Source: an uncultured Patescibacteria group bacterium
Lineage (GTDB): Bacteria > Patescibacteriota > Microgenomatia > UBA1400 > PJMF01
Reading direction: 5' to 3'
Assembly (NCBI GenBank): GCA_905478415.1
Contig: CAJQIG010000001.1
Location: forward strand, 72,818 to 136,817
Length of the DNA stretch: 64,000 nucleotides
The notes beneath the pieces are model-generated. The model ran no database searches. It had not been told where the DNA came from and worked only from the letters and a program-made list of their open reading frames with translations. Positions 18,704 to 28,541 of this stretch are shown here, piece by piece (positions within the stretch are counted from its first letter, which is position 1; each line of letters opens with the position of its first letter). A program made the position numbers and the translations under genes.

Positions 18704-20116
18704 TTACTGTAGCATGGAAGCCAAGTATTCTTCAAGATTTGACAACTTGATGCGTTCTTGTTCTGTGGTGTCTCGATCACGGACAGTCACGGTGTCATCT
18801 TCAAGGGTATCGAAGTCGATAGTAATACAAACTGGAGTTCCAATTTCATCCTGATATAGGTAGCGTTTACCAATATTTCCACGAGCATCCCAAGTGATTG
18901 AGTACTTTTTAGCTAGGCTGTCATAGACAGCTTGGGCTTTTTCTACAAGCTCTGGCTTGTTTTTTAAGAGTGGAAAGACAGCGGCTTTATACGGCGCCAG
19001 GGATGGTTTGAGTTTAAGTACTGTTCTCTTTTTTTCTGCATCTTCTGTGTAAGCATCGGTTAAGACCATCAAGAAAGCACGACCAATACCCAGAGCTGGT
19101 TCTATAACATGCGGAATAAAAGTTTCACCAGAATGGGGGTCACGGTATTCAAGCGACTGACCAGAATGTTCCATATGTTGTTTGAGGTCGTAATCAGTTC
19201 TGTAGGCTACTCCCCAGAGTTCTTTCCATCCAAAACTGAAGTTATAATCTAGATCGTAGGTGTCCTTACTGTAGAAACTGCGTTCGGCATCAGAGTGCTG
19301 GCGCCAGCGAAGGTTTTTTTCTTTTATACCAAGTGTATTTGTGACGAAGGAATGCATGGATTCTTTCCAGTTCTCAAAGAGTTTTTGCCAGTCAGCTTCT
19401 TTGGGGTTAAAGAAGTACTCAATTTCAGCTTGTTCAAACTCGAGAGTTCTAAAGACAAATTGACCGGTAGTAATTTCGTTACGGAAGCTTTTACCAATTT
19501 GGCCGACACCAAATGGCAGCTGGACTCTAGTTGAGTCTAAGATGTTGCGGAAGTTAGTAAAGATACCTTGAGCGGTTTCACCTCGCATGTAAATTCTAGC
19601 TTTGTCATCGGCGACAGTTCCGATGGCTGTTTCGAAGAGTAAGTTGAAGGCTTTGGGTTCTGAGATAGGATTGCCATCTGGACTGAGGATCTTATTCTCA
19701 GTAATGAAAGTGGCCATTTCTTTGACGGAAAGGTCCTCGACTACAAAGCTTGAAAATTCTGTGGATCCCTTTTTGATTTTTCTTTCAATCCACTCTTCAA
19801 TTAAATGGTCAGCTCTGTAGCGTTTTTTAGTCACTAAATCATCAACTAAAGGATCAGAAAAAGAACCCACATGTCCAGAAGCAATCCATGTTTTTGGATG
19901 CAGGAGAATTTGAGAATCAATTCCGACCATATCTGGGCGGGTTGAGATAAATGTAGTCCACCATTCATTACGAATGTTGCGAAGGAGTTCTGCTCCTAGA
20001 GGACCATAGTCGTACGAGTTTGCGAGTCCCCCATAGAGGTTTGAAGTTGGAAATACAAAGCCACGCCGTTTGGCCAATGCGACGATAGTTTCGAGTGATG
20101 GTTGTGTTTTTGGCAT
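18704..20116 (-). CDS. glyQS: Glycine--tRNA ligase, alpha2 (GlyRS-1) type
   Basis: AKRRGFVF, YDYGPLG, RGETAQGIF, GKSFRNE, FRTLEFEQAE, IEPALG, DEIGTP. True start MPKT at 20116; the longer ORF reads through the T-box leader. Confidence 0.97.
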   Translation of the reverse strand: MPKTQPSLETIVALAKRRGFVFPTSNLYGGLANSYDYGPLGAELLRNIRNEWWTTFISTRPDMVGIDSQILLHPKTWIASGHVGSFSDPLVDDLVTKKRYRADHLIEEWIERKIKKGSTEFSSFVVEDLSVKEMATFITENKILSPDGNPISEPKAFNLLFETAIGTVADDKARIYMRGETAQGIFTNFRNILDSTRVQLPFGVGQIGKSFRNEITTGQFVFRTLEFEQAEIEYFFNPKEADWQKLFENWKESMHSFVTNTLGIKEKNLRWRQHSDAERSFYSKDTYDLDYNFSFGWKELWGVAYRTDYDLKQHMEHSGQSLEYRDPHSGETFIPHVIEPALGIGRAFLMVLTDAYTEDAEKKRTVLKLKPSLAPYKAAVFPLLKNKPELVEKAQAVYDSLAKKYSITWDARGNIGKRYLYQDEIGTPVCITIDFDTLEDDTVTVRDRDTTEQERIKLSNLEEYLASMLQ

Positions 20117-20130
20117 AGTGCCCTTCTGGT

Positions 20131-20291
20131 ACAAAAAAACCCCAGTGTACGTTACTACTACTAGGGACCCTCTCGGGCGGTTCCACCCTGTTTCCACACC
20201 TAGAAGTGTGACTCTTTCTTACTTCGTTACTTCCTTTACTTAACAAAAAGGTCACTTGCCAAAGGTGAAACAAAGATAGCTAATTATAGCA
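20131..20291 (-). promoter_or_regulatory. T-box riboswitch (Gly) with promoter and intrinsic terminator
   Basis: TGCTATAAT (overlapping the murF stop); GGC in the hairpin TCAC-ctttGGCaa-GTGA; AAACAGGGTGGAACCGC T-box (20193-20177); antiterminator AGGG/CCCT; terminator CCCTAGT...ACTGGGG-T7. Confidence 0.9.
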
Positions 20292-21618
20292 TAGCCTCAC
20301 TTCGCTTTGCATCCCAGAACGCTCCACGGCGACAGAGAAAATCATCCGCATCCTCGGGATGAGCCATAAGCATTTCAACAGTAGTTTCAAGAAATAGCGT
20401 ATTTTGTGAAGATTTAACTAAGAGGATGTCTTCTTTTTGCATGAATGTTCTAAGGTGTTCTCCGGCTTCAACAGCATCTTTAAACCACCTAACTTTCTTT
20501 TTTTGTTTTTGTAGGTAAGGGAGTGCATATTTTTTCATCTGCGGTCCTACTAAGAAGATTGCATCCAAATACTTTGCTGCAGCTTCAGCAACTTGTAGAT
20601 GTTCAGTCTCAGTCATGGTACCAATTTCTCTAATGTCACCCAGTAAGGCCAGGCTTCTCTTGGCACCAAGTTTTGGAAGCATGGCGAGCATGTCTATGGT
20701 TGGACTGGTTGAAGAATTATAACTACTATCAAGAATGAAGCTGTCATTGATTCCTGGTATCAAAGTAGAACGGCCAGGTTCTAGTGTGAAGTGTGTTTCG
20801 ATGTTTTTACAGATTTTAGAAAGTGGAATGTTTTGCTGTATTCCAACCGCTAAGGCGACGGCAAAGCTAGACGCATAGTGGGCGGCTAAGACATACTCTT
20901 TGAGGTCTAAGGTGTACCGTTCTGAGTTGATCTCAAAAGTAAAGGTTGTTCCTTTCAAACTGGGTTTGCTACTAACTATTTTTACCATGGCAACTTTTGA
21001 TGTTCCAAATGAAATAACTTGGGCCGTAATTTCTGAAACGAGTTTTCTCAGTTCTGGTTGGTCAATGTTTACTACAGCCGTGCTTTGCTCGGGTAAACGG
21101 GTGAGGATCTTTCCTTTTTCGGCAGTAATGAGCTCAATAATCTTTTGTCGTCTCTTCTCTGGGTTAGTTTCTGAAACTAAAAAATCAAAAGGTTCAGAAT
21201 GCATCGGTGCAGCATTGAGAAAAATACCCAGGTCAGGTTTCACAATAGTGAGCAGGTACTCCATATTTTTGGGAGGAAGTGGGCTATCGATCCCCATTTC
21301 AGCTATGAGGATGTCGTAGCGTTCCCAGTTAGTGAGTAGTTTCCAAAAGGTGAGTAGTGCGACTCGGAGCCAATCGGAGAGAGAAAAGTTTTTTGGTTTG
21401 ATTCCCAAGATAGAGAGTGGTAAGCTCGTTTCTGAGTTGGCGTTGAAGGTGTATTTCAGTCTCTTTTCGGGAAGGAGAGCTGCCGCAACAGCATGCTGAG
21501 CAGAAGTCTTCCCGGCACTACCTGTTATGCCAATACAGAATGGGCGATTTTTAAGGAGTTGTACTTTGGCGGCAACTCTAATGTAGTTCAAAAAAAATGT
21601 GGTAATGAGTTTTTTCAT
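20284..21618 (-). CDS. murF: MurF-type Mur ligase (lacks the N-terminal domain)
   Basis: ITGSAGKTS, EMGID, PGRS, ILDSSYNSS, LGDIREIG, LLVKSSQ. Confidence 0.85.
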   Translation of the reverse strand: MKKLITTFFLNYIRVAAKVQLLKNRPFCIGITGSAGKTSAQHAVAAALLPEKRLKYTFNANSETSLPLSILGIKPKNFSLSDWLRVALLTFWKLLTNWERYDILIAEMGIDSPLPPKNMEYLLTIVKPDLGIFLNAAPMHSEPFDFLVSETNPEKRRQKIIELITAEKGKILTRLPEQSTAVVNIDQPELRKLVSEITAQVISFGTSKVAMVKIVSSKPSLKGTTFTFEINSERYTLDLKEYVLAAHYASSFAVALAVGIQQNIPLSKICKNIETHFTLEPGRSTLIPGINDSFILDSSYNSSTSPTIDMLAMLPKLGAKRSLALLGDIREIGTMTETEHLQVAEAAAKYLDAIFLVGPQMKKYALPYLQKQKKKVRWFKDAVEAGEHLRTFMQKEDILLVKSSQNTLFLETTVEMLMAHPEDADDFLCRRGAFWDAKRSEAML

Positions 21619-21624
21619 AGAGTA

Positions 21625-22176
21625 TTATTCTACTTTTAAGAAATCATAACTTTTAAGTGGTTTACCGATCAATGACTGAATGTATTCGGTGATAGTTTCG
21701 TAGGGAGAAAGTGACGGATCTTGAAAACCAAGGGCTGTAATGAGTTTGGAAAGCTGTTGTCGAATCAGTTTCGAAGAAACTTGGTTGTACACTATTTGAT
21801 TTCTGAGTTTGAGAGCTTGCATAAAGACTTCAGAATCAATCTCTTCTTCTACGAAGAGGGCATCTATAATTTCCAGTATCTGAGACAAGGCTCTGAATGC
21901 CGCGAGGTTGCCGTGCATTTTGCTAGTATCGTCAATTAATTTTGTTTGAGTTAGGATAGGTAGCGATTTAGTTACAATACAGTGCACAGTCAGGAGTGAT
22001 CCTGGTTCTAGGTAAGCACGATTTGAGGAAGTTACTTTTCTCACACCTTTAGCAACACAGCTAAACTTTCCTTTTTCTTGTGAAAGGAGGGAAACAATTC
22101 GATCAGTTTCTCCAACATTAGTTCTACGAATGACCAAAGCTTTGAGGGTAAAACTTCTCTCTTTCATAAATACCAC
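21625..22176 (-). CDS. recO: DNA repair protein RecO (short form)
   Basis: ALVIRRTNVGETDRIVSLLS-GKFSCVAKGVRK OB-fold; near glyQS. Confidence 0.85.
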   Translation of the reverse strand: MVFMKERSFTLKALVIRRTNVGETDRIVSLLSQEKGKFSCVAKGVRKVTSSNRAYLEPGSLLTVHCIVTKSLPILTQTKLIDDTSKMHGNLAAFRALSQILEIIDALFVEEEIDSEVFMQALKLRNQIVYNQVSSKLIRQQLSKLITALGFQDPSLSPYETITEYIQSLIGKPLKSYDFLKVE

Positions 22177-22200
22177 AATTCCGCAGTGTCAGGCAGGTTA

Positions 22201-24288
22201 TTAGAACTCAGTCGTATAGGTTGTGTCTGCAGCTACAGTGATGGCCTCTTGCCCTCCAGTGACATCAAAGATGACATCAAAGGTTTCAAGTCCACCCTGT
22301 TTCCAGACGGTACCGATATAGTTAGTTTCATTAGCATAGGGCACTGTGTAAGTAACTGTTAATTTGGCAGTACCGAGTGGTTCAAGTATAAAGAAACCAT
22401 CGATGACGGTGAAACCATTTTCATCGTAGGTGCGGGCTTCTTCAGTAAATCCCTGAGCAGAGATGAGTTCGGATCCTTTTGGAACATAGATACGGGTCCA
22501 GTCACGAAGGGTTGAGTTTAGACAGAGTAATCCAGCTTCTAAGTTGCAGTTATCACCTGCTTCTGGGTTCTTGTAGGTAATCTCTACTGTTTTTTCTATT
22601 TGACCGTTTTCAGGGGCCAAAACTGTCTGTGTTACATCATAGGTAACGAATAGGTTTGACTTTGCGCCACCTAAGTTAGCGTTCACAATTCCGATGAAAT
22701 CCTCACCGTCTTTTGGAGGAGTCATTCTGCCTGCAGCATGTGCTAGTTCGGCTGCTGATTGATGGTCTTCATCAATGAAGTAAAACTGGACGTTGCGATT
22801 AGCAATAGATTCAAATCCTTTTCCAAAGAGCGCTGGCCACTGATCTTTTGGTGCCGCATAAGCCTTAGAGAGCAGTGAACGCATCAGTGGACCTAAAATG
22901 CCTTTACGATCTTCACGAAGGTACGGAGTTGGTCGAGTGATGATCTCAGAAAGGATATAGATAATTTCTGGGCAGTTACATCGGGGATCAGTTTCTGCCG
23001 AAAAGGTCCCGTATCCAGGAACTTCAACAGGACCAAGGACGTTGATCAGGCTGGTCAAAAAATGAGTATCTACCGCAATGATGCCATCTATATCACTTGG
23101 CTCACCGGGAATTTCTTGGTAGTTCTCGTAGAACTTATCCATAGAAACTTTGAAGTCAGGTGAGATGTTCATGTCACGAAGATTCCAGTACTTTTCGGTA
23201 GTCAAGTATCGACCGAGCTCTGGTGGGATTGCTTCCTTTTTCTTAAATCGCTGATCCAGTTCATAAATGTCATCTGATTTTTGAGCTTCAACTTTACCAT
23301 TGGTAATGTTAATGATGGCATAAGCTGTTAAAAAGCCTCCAGTTGGGCGAAGCTCATTATCATTTTGGAATAATACCAGGTATTTTTTTGTTTCGTCATT
23401 GGCTCCAGCTACAGATGGGAGTTGCTCGAGCACTGGCCTAAATTCTGTCAATGAGAGACTAGCTCCAGCAACTAACTCTTGAGCTTGCACAATGTTTTCT
23501 CTTACGAGAGTATCTCCAACTTTTTCAGGATAGTGTTCTGGATCAATTTGTGATAATTCTTGTTCAACTGCTTGAAGATCACTTGAAATAGCATCAAGAT
23601 CAGGTGAGATTTTTTCGAGTGTCTCCAGGATTACTTTGACACGGTCTTCAGTAGTACCACCTTGGAACGGTTGATCCCCTGAAAATCCGAGCACATCTGC
23701 ATAGGGACTTATGGCTGCAAGTGTTTTTGAACCTGCAGATAACCCTGCATCTGCAGCAGCTAAACCATGGAGACCATCCTGATAGTAGCGATTTGCAAAT
23801 GGTACTGAGTTAAAAATTGATAGTTTGGCGTAGGTTGCACGAATAGTAGCAAGTTGTGTAGTCAGTTCTGCAACTTTTTCTTGAGTAGCTGGTAAATTTT
23901 GTCCTTTGAAAAGAGTGTAAGCTTCTTGGCCAATCACTAGAGAGGTAGCTGCCTGAGCTTTCATTTCATTTGCCACCTGATACGCATAGAATGCGAGTGT
24001 GACGAGGACGGTGACTACAAGCAGGATAAGAGCGGCAATGCCACCCCAGATTTTTTGTTTTTTTGTGAGCATACTTTTAGACATGGTTGGTTGTACAGTG
24101 TCATCTGTATTTTCAGCTTCAAGTTCCTTGCCATCAACCATAACTGCCGAACCTGAGTTTGCACTGAGATCATCTTTTTTTGGTATTTTCATAAATTGTC
24201 CAGTCACTGGCTCAGCAGTTTCAGGGAAATCTGGTGAGTTTGGATCGACAAAATCAGAGTCTTGGACAGAAGGCTGGTTTTTGGACAT
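22201..24288 (-). CDS. DUF4012-type membrane-anchored extracellular protein
   Basis: TM plus helical region, YLVLFQNDNELRPTGGF, NLRDMNISPDF, DGIIAVD, NANLGGAKSN, KQGG. Confidence 0.8.
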   Translation of the reverse strand: MSKNQPSVQDSDFVDPNSPDFPETAEPVTGQFMKIPKKDDLSANSGSAVMVDGKELEAENTDDTVQPTMSKSMLTKKQKIWGGIAALILLVVTVLVTLAFYAYQVANEMKAQAATSLVIGQEAYTLFKGQNLPATQEKVAELTTQLATIRATYAKLSIFNSVPFANRYYQDGLHGLAAADAGLSAGSKTLAAISPYADVLGFSGDQPFQGGTTEDRVKVILETLEKISPDLDAISSDLQAVEQELSQIDPEHYPEKVGDTLVRENIVQAQELVAGASLSLTEFRPVLEQLPSVAGANDETKKYLVLFQNDNELRPTGGFLTAYAIINITNGKVEAQKSDDIYELDQRFKKKEAIPPELGRYLTTEKYWNLRDMNISPDFKVSMDKFYENYQEIPGEPSDIDGIIAVDTHFLTSLINVLGPVEVPGYGTFSAETDPRCNCPEIIYILSEIITRPTPYLREDRKGILGPLMRSLLSKAYAAPKDQWPALFGKGFESIANRNVQFYFIDEDHQSAAELAHAAGRMTPPKDGEDFIGIVNANLGGAKSNLFVTYDVTQTVLAPENGQIEKTVEITYKNPEAGDNCNLEAGLLCLNSTLRDWTRIYVPKGSELISAQGFTEEARTYDENGFTVIDGFFILEPLGTAKLTVTYTVPYANETNYIGTVWKQGGLETFDVIFDVTGGQEAITVAADTTYTTEF

Positions 24289-24316
24289 AGAATAAGTATA
24301 CCAAATTACTTAGAGA

Positions 24317-24937
24317 TTACCATTTAGAGATCATAGCCTGTGGAGTTTTAAAAAGAATTTGAATATCTTCAACTATCGATTTTCTCTCGGCATATTGAGC
24401 ATCCATCTGGGCTCTAACCTTAAATGGAACTTCATTGCGACCACTTGTTTGCCAAGGACCAGTAATTCCTGGTTTGACGGTGAGAATCTTTTGTTTATAC
24501 ACTTTGGTTGAAGGATATTTTTTAGTTTGTTCTTCTAGTTCTTTTCTGACATATGCTCGGGGTCCAACCATGCTCATCTCGCCGATGAGAACATTGAGTA
24601 ACTGTGGAAATTCATCGATAGTTAATGAACGGAGTACTTTACCAAGTTTGGTAATTCGCGGATCATTCTCAATTTTCCAGTCCCCTTCTTTAAAACGTTT
24701 CAGTAATTCCTTATCATGTTTATGTAAGAGTTCGTCTGCGTTTGGGACCATGGACCTAAACTTATAGAGATAGAAGTCTTTGCCGTTGAGACCAACTCGT
24801 TTATGTTTGAAAAAAATTGGAAATCCAGAATCAAGATAAATGAGTAGTGGAACTAAGATCCAGACGGGGAAAAAAAGAAGGATAAGACCAAAGGCCACGA
24901 CAACATCAAGAATACGTTTTTGTTGAAAATAATTCAT
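24317..24937 (-). CDS. Priming phosphoglycosyltransferase (bacterial sugar transferase family)
   Basis: KRILD, YKFRSM, DPRITKLG, IDEFPQLLNVL-GEMSMVGPR, KPGITGPWQ. Confidence 0.93.
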   Translation of the reverse strand: MNYFQQKRILDVVVAFGLILLFFPVWILVPLLIYLDSGFPIFFKHKRVGLNGKDFYLYKFRSMVPNADELLHKHDKELLKRFKEGDWKIENDPRITKLGKVLRSLTIDEFPQLLNVLIGEMSMVGPRAYVRKELEEQTKKYPSTKVYKQKILTVKPGITGPWQTSGRNEVPFKVRAQMDAQYAERKSIVEDIQILFKTPQAMISKW

Positions 24938-25008
24938 AGTTAGTAGCTTACTATACAAATAAACAAGAGTGCAATTCTAACACTATTGGAGTAGCCTGTC
25001 TGATCTAA

Positions 25009-26112
25009 TTAGAGGTACTCTGATTTTTTTTCTTCTTTGAGTCGCTCAACAATTTTCTTAACTTCTTGACTACGACTCTTCGGAATTACCATTAAAATTT
25101 CTTCTGTATCGATGATGACCATGTCGTCAATGCCGACCAGTGCAACTAAGCGTCCATTTGAATGTATCAAGTTATTATGTGATGAAATAGCCAACGTATG
25201 GTTCTCGTTGTGATCAGAGACAATTACATTGCCAGAAAGATCTTTTTTCTCAAGTTCATAGACAACTTTCCAGTCTCCAACATCATCCCATCCAAAATCA
25301 CCAGGAATTAAAACCAAGTTTTCAGCGCGTTCACTAATGGCATAGTCAACTGAGATGGCTTCAGATTTTTCGTAGAGACTAGGCAGTGCTTTGTGAAAGG
25401 CGCTTGATTCGAGTGAAGAGAGCAACTGCGTGTCTGTATACATCTTTGGCATATGTGATTTAAAAGCGTTTACTAAACTGTTGGCAGACCAGACGTACAT
25501 ATTGGCATTCCAAAAATATCGACCGGTGGCAATAAAGCCTCGGGCAGTTGATTCGTTTGGTTTTTCGGTAAAACTATCAACCTTAAAAAGGGAAAGCCCT
25601 TTACCTACTTTTTCTAGATCGTCCCCAATTTTGATATACCCAAAGCCTGTTGCTGGCCGGGTTGGAGAAATCCCGATGGTGACTAGTGAATCTTGTGAGT
25701 AGGCAACTTTTGAGGCTGCTTTCATAACCCGCAAGAACTCTGCTTTATCAGTGACAATATGGTCTGATGCTAAGTTAATAACCACAGCATTAGGATCCTT
25801 CGATTGAGCATAGAGTGCGCCGACTAACATGGCTAGTGCAGTATCTCGTTTTTGTGGTTCAGCAATGATATTTTGGACAGGTACCTCTGGCAAAAGGGTG
25901 TGTACTTCTTCTTTGTAGAGCTCATTAGTGACCACAATGACTCTATCCCAGGGAATCAGAGAGCTGACTCGATCAGCAGCAATCTCAATCATAGTTTTAT
26001 CACCGATTAATTTAAGAAATTGTTTGGGAGTTTTCTTTCTCGATTTTGGCCAAAGTCGAGTTCCACCACCTCCTGCTAGGATGACTGCATACGTGTGGTC
26101 TAGATGTGACAT
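25009..26112 (-). CDS. manC: Mannose-1-phosphate guanylyltransferase
   Basis: ILAGGGGTRLWPKSR-PKQF, FTEKP, WNANMY, SVDYAI, WDDVGDW. Confidence 0.93.
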   Translation of the reverse strand: MSHLDHTYAVILAGGGGTRLWPKSRKKTPKQFLKLIGDKTMIEIAADRVSSLIPWDRVIVVTNELYKEEVHTLLPEVPVQNIIAEPQKRDTALAMLVGALYAQSKDPNAVVINLASDHIVTDKAEFLRVMKAASKVAYSQDSLVTIGISPTRPATGFGYIKIGDDLEKVGKGLSLFKVDSFTEKPNESTARGFIATGRYFWNANMYVWSANSLVNAFKSHMPKMYTDTQLLSSLESSAFHKALPSLYEKSEAISVDYAISERAENLVLIPGDFGWDDVGDWKVVYELEKKDLSGNVIVSDHNENHTLAISSHNNLIHSNGRLVALVGIDDMVIIDTEEILMVIPKSRSQEVKKIVERLKEEKKSEYL

Positions 26113-26140
26113 AGTGTCCTTTCACTCGAGTATGTTATGT

Positions 26141-27352
26141 TTATTTTTTCTCAGATTTTGATAGTATGATACTATCATACATATATTTCTGGAATTTACT
26201 AGTGAACACTCTAGTACTACAGGTTTTAGCCTGTGTTTGTAAAGTAGTAAATGCAAAAGTGTGGTGAGGCAGGTCCTCAATTGCAGCTTGCAAGACTGCA
26301 ATACTCTCGCGTGAAATATGGAGCGCATGTTTCTTATGTGCTAAAACTTCACTAACGCCACTTTCTTTGTGCAGGATACTTGGTGTTCCAAGAGAAGCAG
26401 CTTCCAAAGCGGTAATGCCAAAATCTTCGAGTCCTGGCATCAGCAGTGCTTGAGCTCCTGCTAAGAGTTTTAGTCTTTCCTGATTAGTAACGTGACCGAC
26501 AAAGAGAATACGACATTCTCTTGACACATTTGATAGATGGTTTTGGAGCCATTGAATCAGTGGTTCTTTCTTCCTAATGAAGGCATGTGTTCCGGCGCTA
26601 TCAATAAGTCTTTTTTCTTCCTCCCCTTTGCCTGAAATGATTAGATTTGAGTGTGTGGCTATAGCTGCTTGAATTGAGAGATCAATCCTTTTATAAGCAA
26701 CAAGTCTTGAAAGCGAAAGTAGGTACGGAGCTGGCGGTGTGAATGGTTGTACGGTCGGGGGAATATCAGTCACAGGTGGATAGATCAAGTCAGCTGTTCT
26801 GTTATATGTTTGGTTAATGCGTGACTGTATTTTTTTTGAGATTGCAATTACTCTGTCTGGTCGTGCAGCTGCAGCTTGATCCCACCACTGAAGGTATGCG
26901 AACAACTTTTGTACAAAATAGGATATAAATGGAAGTTTGAGCAGTGGTAGAGAGTTGAGATATGTTTCTTTATGTGAGTAGAGATACCTTGGTGGGGTAA
27001 GTATGTATGAAATGTGGACTTGATTAGGTTTTGTGAGGATGCCTTTTGCCTCTCCACTGGTAATTGAGATGATGACGTCGTACTCAGAAAAATCAAGCGA
27101 TTCAAATGCAAGCGGAAAGAGCCAGACAAGGAAACGATGATTTTTGTATGGTGAGCGCTGAAGAAAGCTAGTAAAGACAGTGAAGACCTTAGTCCACGGT
27201 GTTTTCTTTTGCAGATGAAGCGTGGTGTAGAGTGGTGCATTTGGAAAGGCCTCGTGTAAGGCGAGTAACACCCACTCTGCTCCTCCATAGGTGGTGGTAA
27301 GCTTGTCGTACACTAAGGCAATTGCTGGTTTTTTTTGACTACTTTTTTTCAT
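26141..27352 (-). CDS. GT4 glycosyltransferase (WbaZ-like)
   Basis: GGAEWVL, PPRYLY, SRLVAYKRID, EDFGITALEA; start MKKSS at 27352. Confidence 0.88.
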   Translation of the reverse strand: MKKSSQKKPAIALVYDKLTTTYGGAEWVLLALHEAFPNAPLYTTLHLQKKTPWTKVFTVFTSFLQRSPYKNHRFLVWLFPLAFESLDFSEYDVIISITSGEAKGILTKPNQVHISYILTPPRYLYSHKETYLNSLPLLKLPFISYFVQKLFAYLQWWDQAAAARPDRVIAISKKIQSRINQTYNRTADLIYPPVTDIPPTVQPFTPPAPYLLSLSRLVAYKRIDLSIQAAIATHSNLIISGKGEEEKRLIDSAGTHAFIRKKEPLIQWLQNHLSNVSRECRILFVGHVTNQERLKLLAGAQALLMPGLEDFGITALEAASLGTPSILHKESGVSEVLAHKKHALHISRESIAVLQAAIEDLPHHTFAFTTLQTQAKTCSTRVFTSKFQKYMYDSIILSKSEKK

Positions 27353-28448
27353 GGATAGTTTGATAGACAGCTGCAGTTTTTTTTGCCATTTTTTTCCATG
27401 AATATTCGGCAGCAACTGTTTGTGCATGTTTGGTTAGGTGATGGAGTGATTTTTTCGAAAGCATTTGATATGCATTTAAGAAACTTTCAACAGAGTGTGG
27501 GTTGAAAAAGATGGCTGCATCCTGATAGATTTCATGAAAAATAGGAATGTCTGAGGCCAAAACTGGAGTGCCAAGTTTCATTGCTTCGAGTCCGGTCAGA
27601 CCAAACCCCTCTGAAAGTGAAGGTTGCACTAATGCAGTTGATTCTACATAGAGTTTGGTTAAGTCTGCATCATTGACATATCCTAAAAATGAAACGCGAT
27701 GTTGCAGTTTTCTCTGACGAACATACTCTTCAACTTTTTTAAGAAAAACATTACGGGCGCCAACAATAATTAAGGTTGTTTGGGGAAGCTTTCTGAGTCC
27801 ATCAATGACGAGTTGAATGTTTTTGTGTGGGTAGAGAGATCCCACATACAGCAATTGGTTTTTTTTACGGACATTCTTAGTTTTTGTAGTTTTTGGTTTT
27901 GTGAGGTTTGTACCTTCTTTTGTAATTACAAGTTTAGAGGCTGCCTGAGGGTAGTATTTAGTCACTGTTTTAGCGACTGTTTGAGATGGTACTAAAATCG
28001 ATTTGGCAGTGTGTACTGCAAAGCCAGTCACAATATGATAGAAAAAATATTTTATCCAATACTGTACTGGATTGAGTGTGGTTACCGTGCCACCTCTTTT
28101 TTCGTGCCAAAGCAAGTCATGGATAGTGACAACTGTAGGTTTTGTATAGAGCAAAGCAACATTAAAATGTGGAACATGAAGTAGATCGAGGTTTTCTTTG
28201 TAATAATACCAAGGTAAGACAAGTTGCTCTTTGAGTGAGTAGTGTTTAATTGGGGTGATAACTACTTTGATATTTGGAAATGATTGTTTCTTCCCAAGAA
28301 CTTCGGAAGCTTGGTCTAAAGATGTGAAGAATAATACGAAGGTATCTTCTTTAGAAAGAGGTAGGATTTCGAGCACCAGGTTCTCAGTGTAGCGGCCAAG
28401 ACCTGCATGTTTTTTTCCGGAGAGTCGACAGTCGATTCCAATTTTCAT
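27339..28448 (-). CDS. GT4 glycosyltransferase
   Basis: GLGRYT, VTIHDL, YVGSLYPHKN, EGFGLTGLEAM. Confidence 0.92.
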   Translation of the reverse strand: MKIGIDCRLSGKKHAGLGRYTENLVLEILPLSKEDTFVLFFTSLDQASEVLGKKQSFPNIKVVITPIKHYSLKEQLVLPWYYYKENLDLLHVPHFNVALLYTKPTVVTIHDLLWHEKRGGTVTTLNPVQYWIKYFFYHIVTGFAVHTAKSILVPSQTVAKTVTKYYPQAASKLVITKEGTNLTKPKTTKTKNVRKKNQLLYVGSLYPHKNIQLVIDGLRKLPQTTLIIVGARNVFLKKVEEYVRQRKLQHRVSFLGYVNDADLTKLYVESTALVQPSLSEGFGLTGLEAMKLGTPVLASDIPIFHEIYQDAAIFFNPHSVESFLNAYQMLSKKSLHHLTKHAQTVAAEYSWKKMAKKTAAVYQTIHEKK

Positions 28449-28477
28449 CTGGTGTTCAGTCTAGTTTTGCTTTTTAA

Positions 28478-28506
28478 ATGGGTCAGGCGCGAAGCGCCTG
28501 ACCCAT
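28478..28506. terminator. Perfect 13-bp GC-rich hairpin (terminator or RNA stability element)
   Basis: ATGGGTCAGGCGC-GAA-GCGCCTGACCCAT; only a weak U tail on the minus strand. Confidence 0.55.
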
Positions 28507-28541
28507 ACATTGTACTTCAAAGTACTACTGATTGACTACGT

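Noticed and set aside
20117-20273. N-terminal extension of glyQS to 20197 and the 101-aa ORF 19968-20273
   Set aside because: Both read through the T-box RNA and terminator; GlyRS homology begins at ATG 20116
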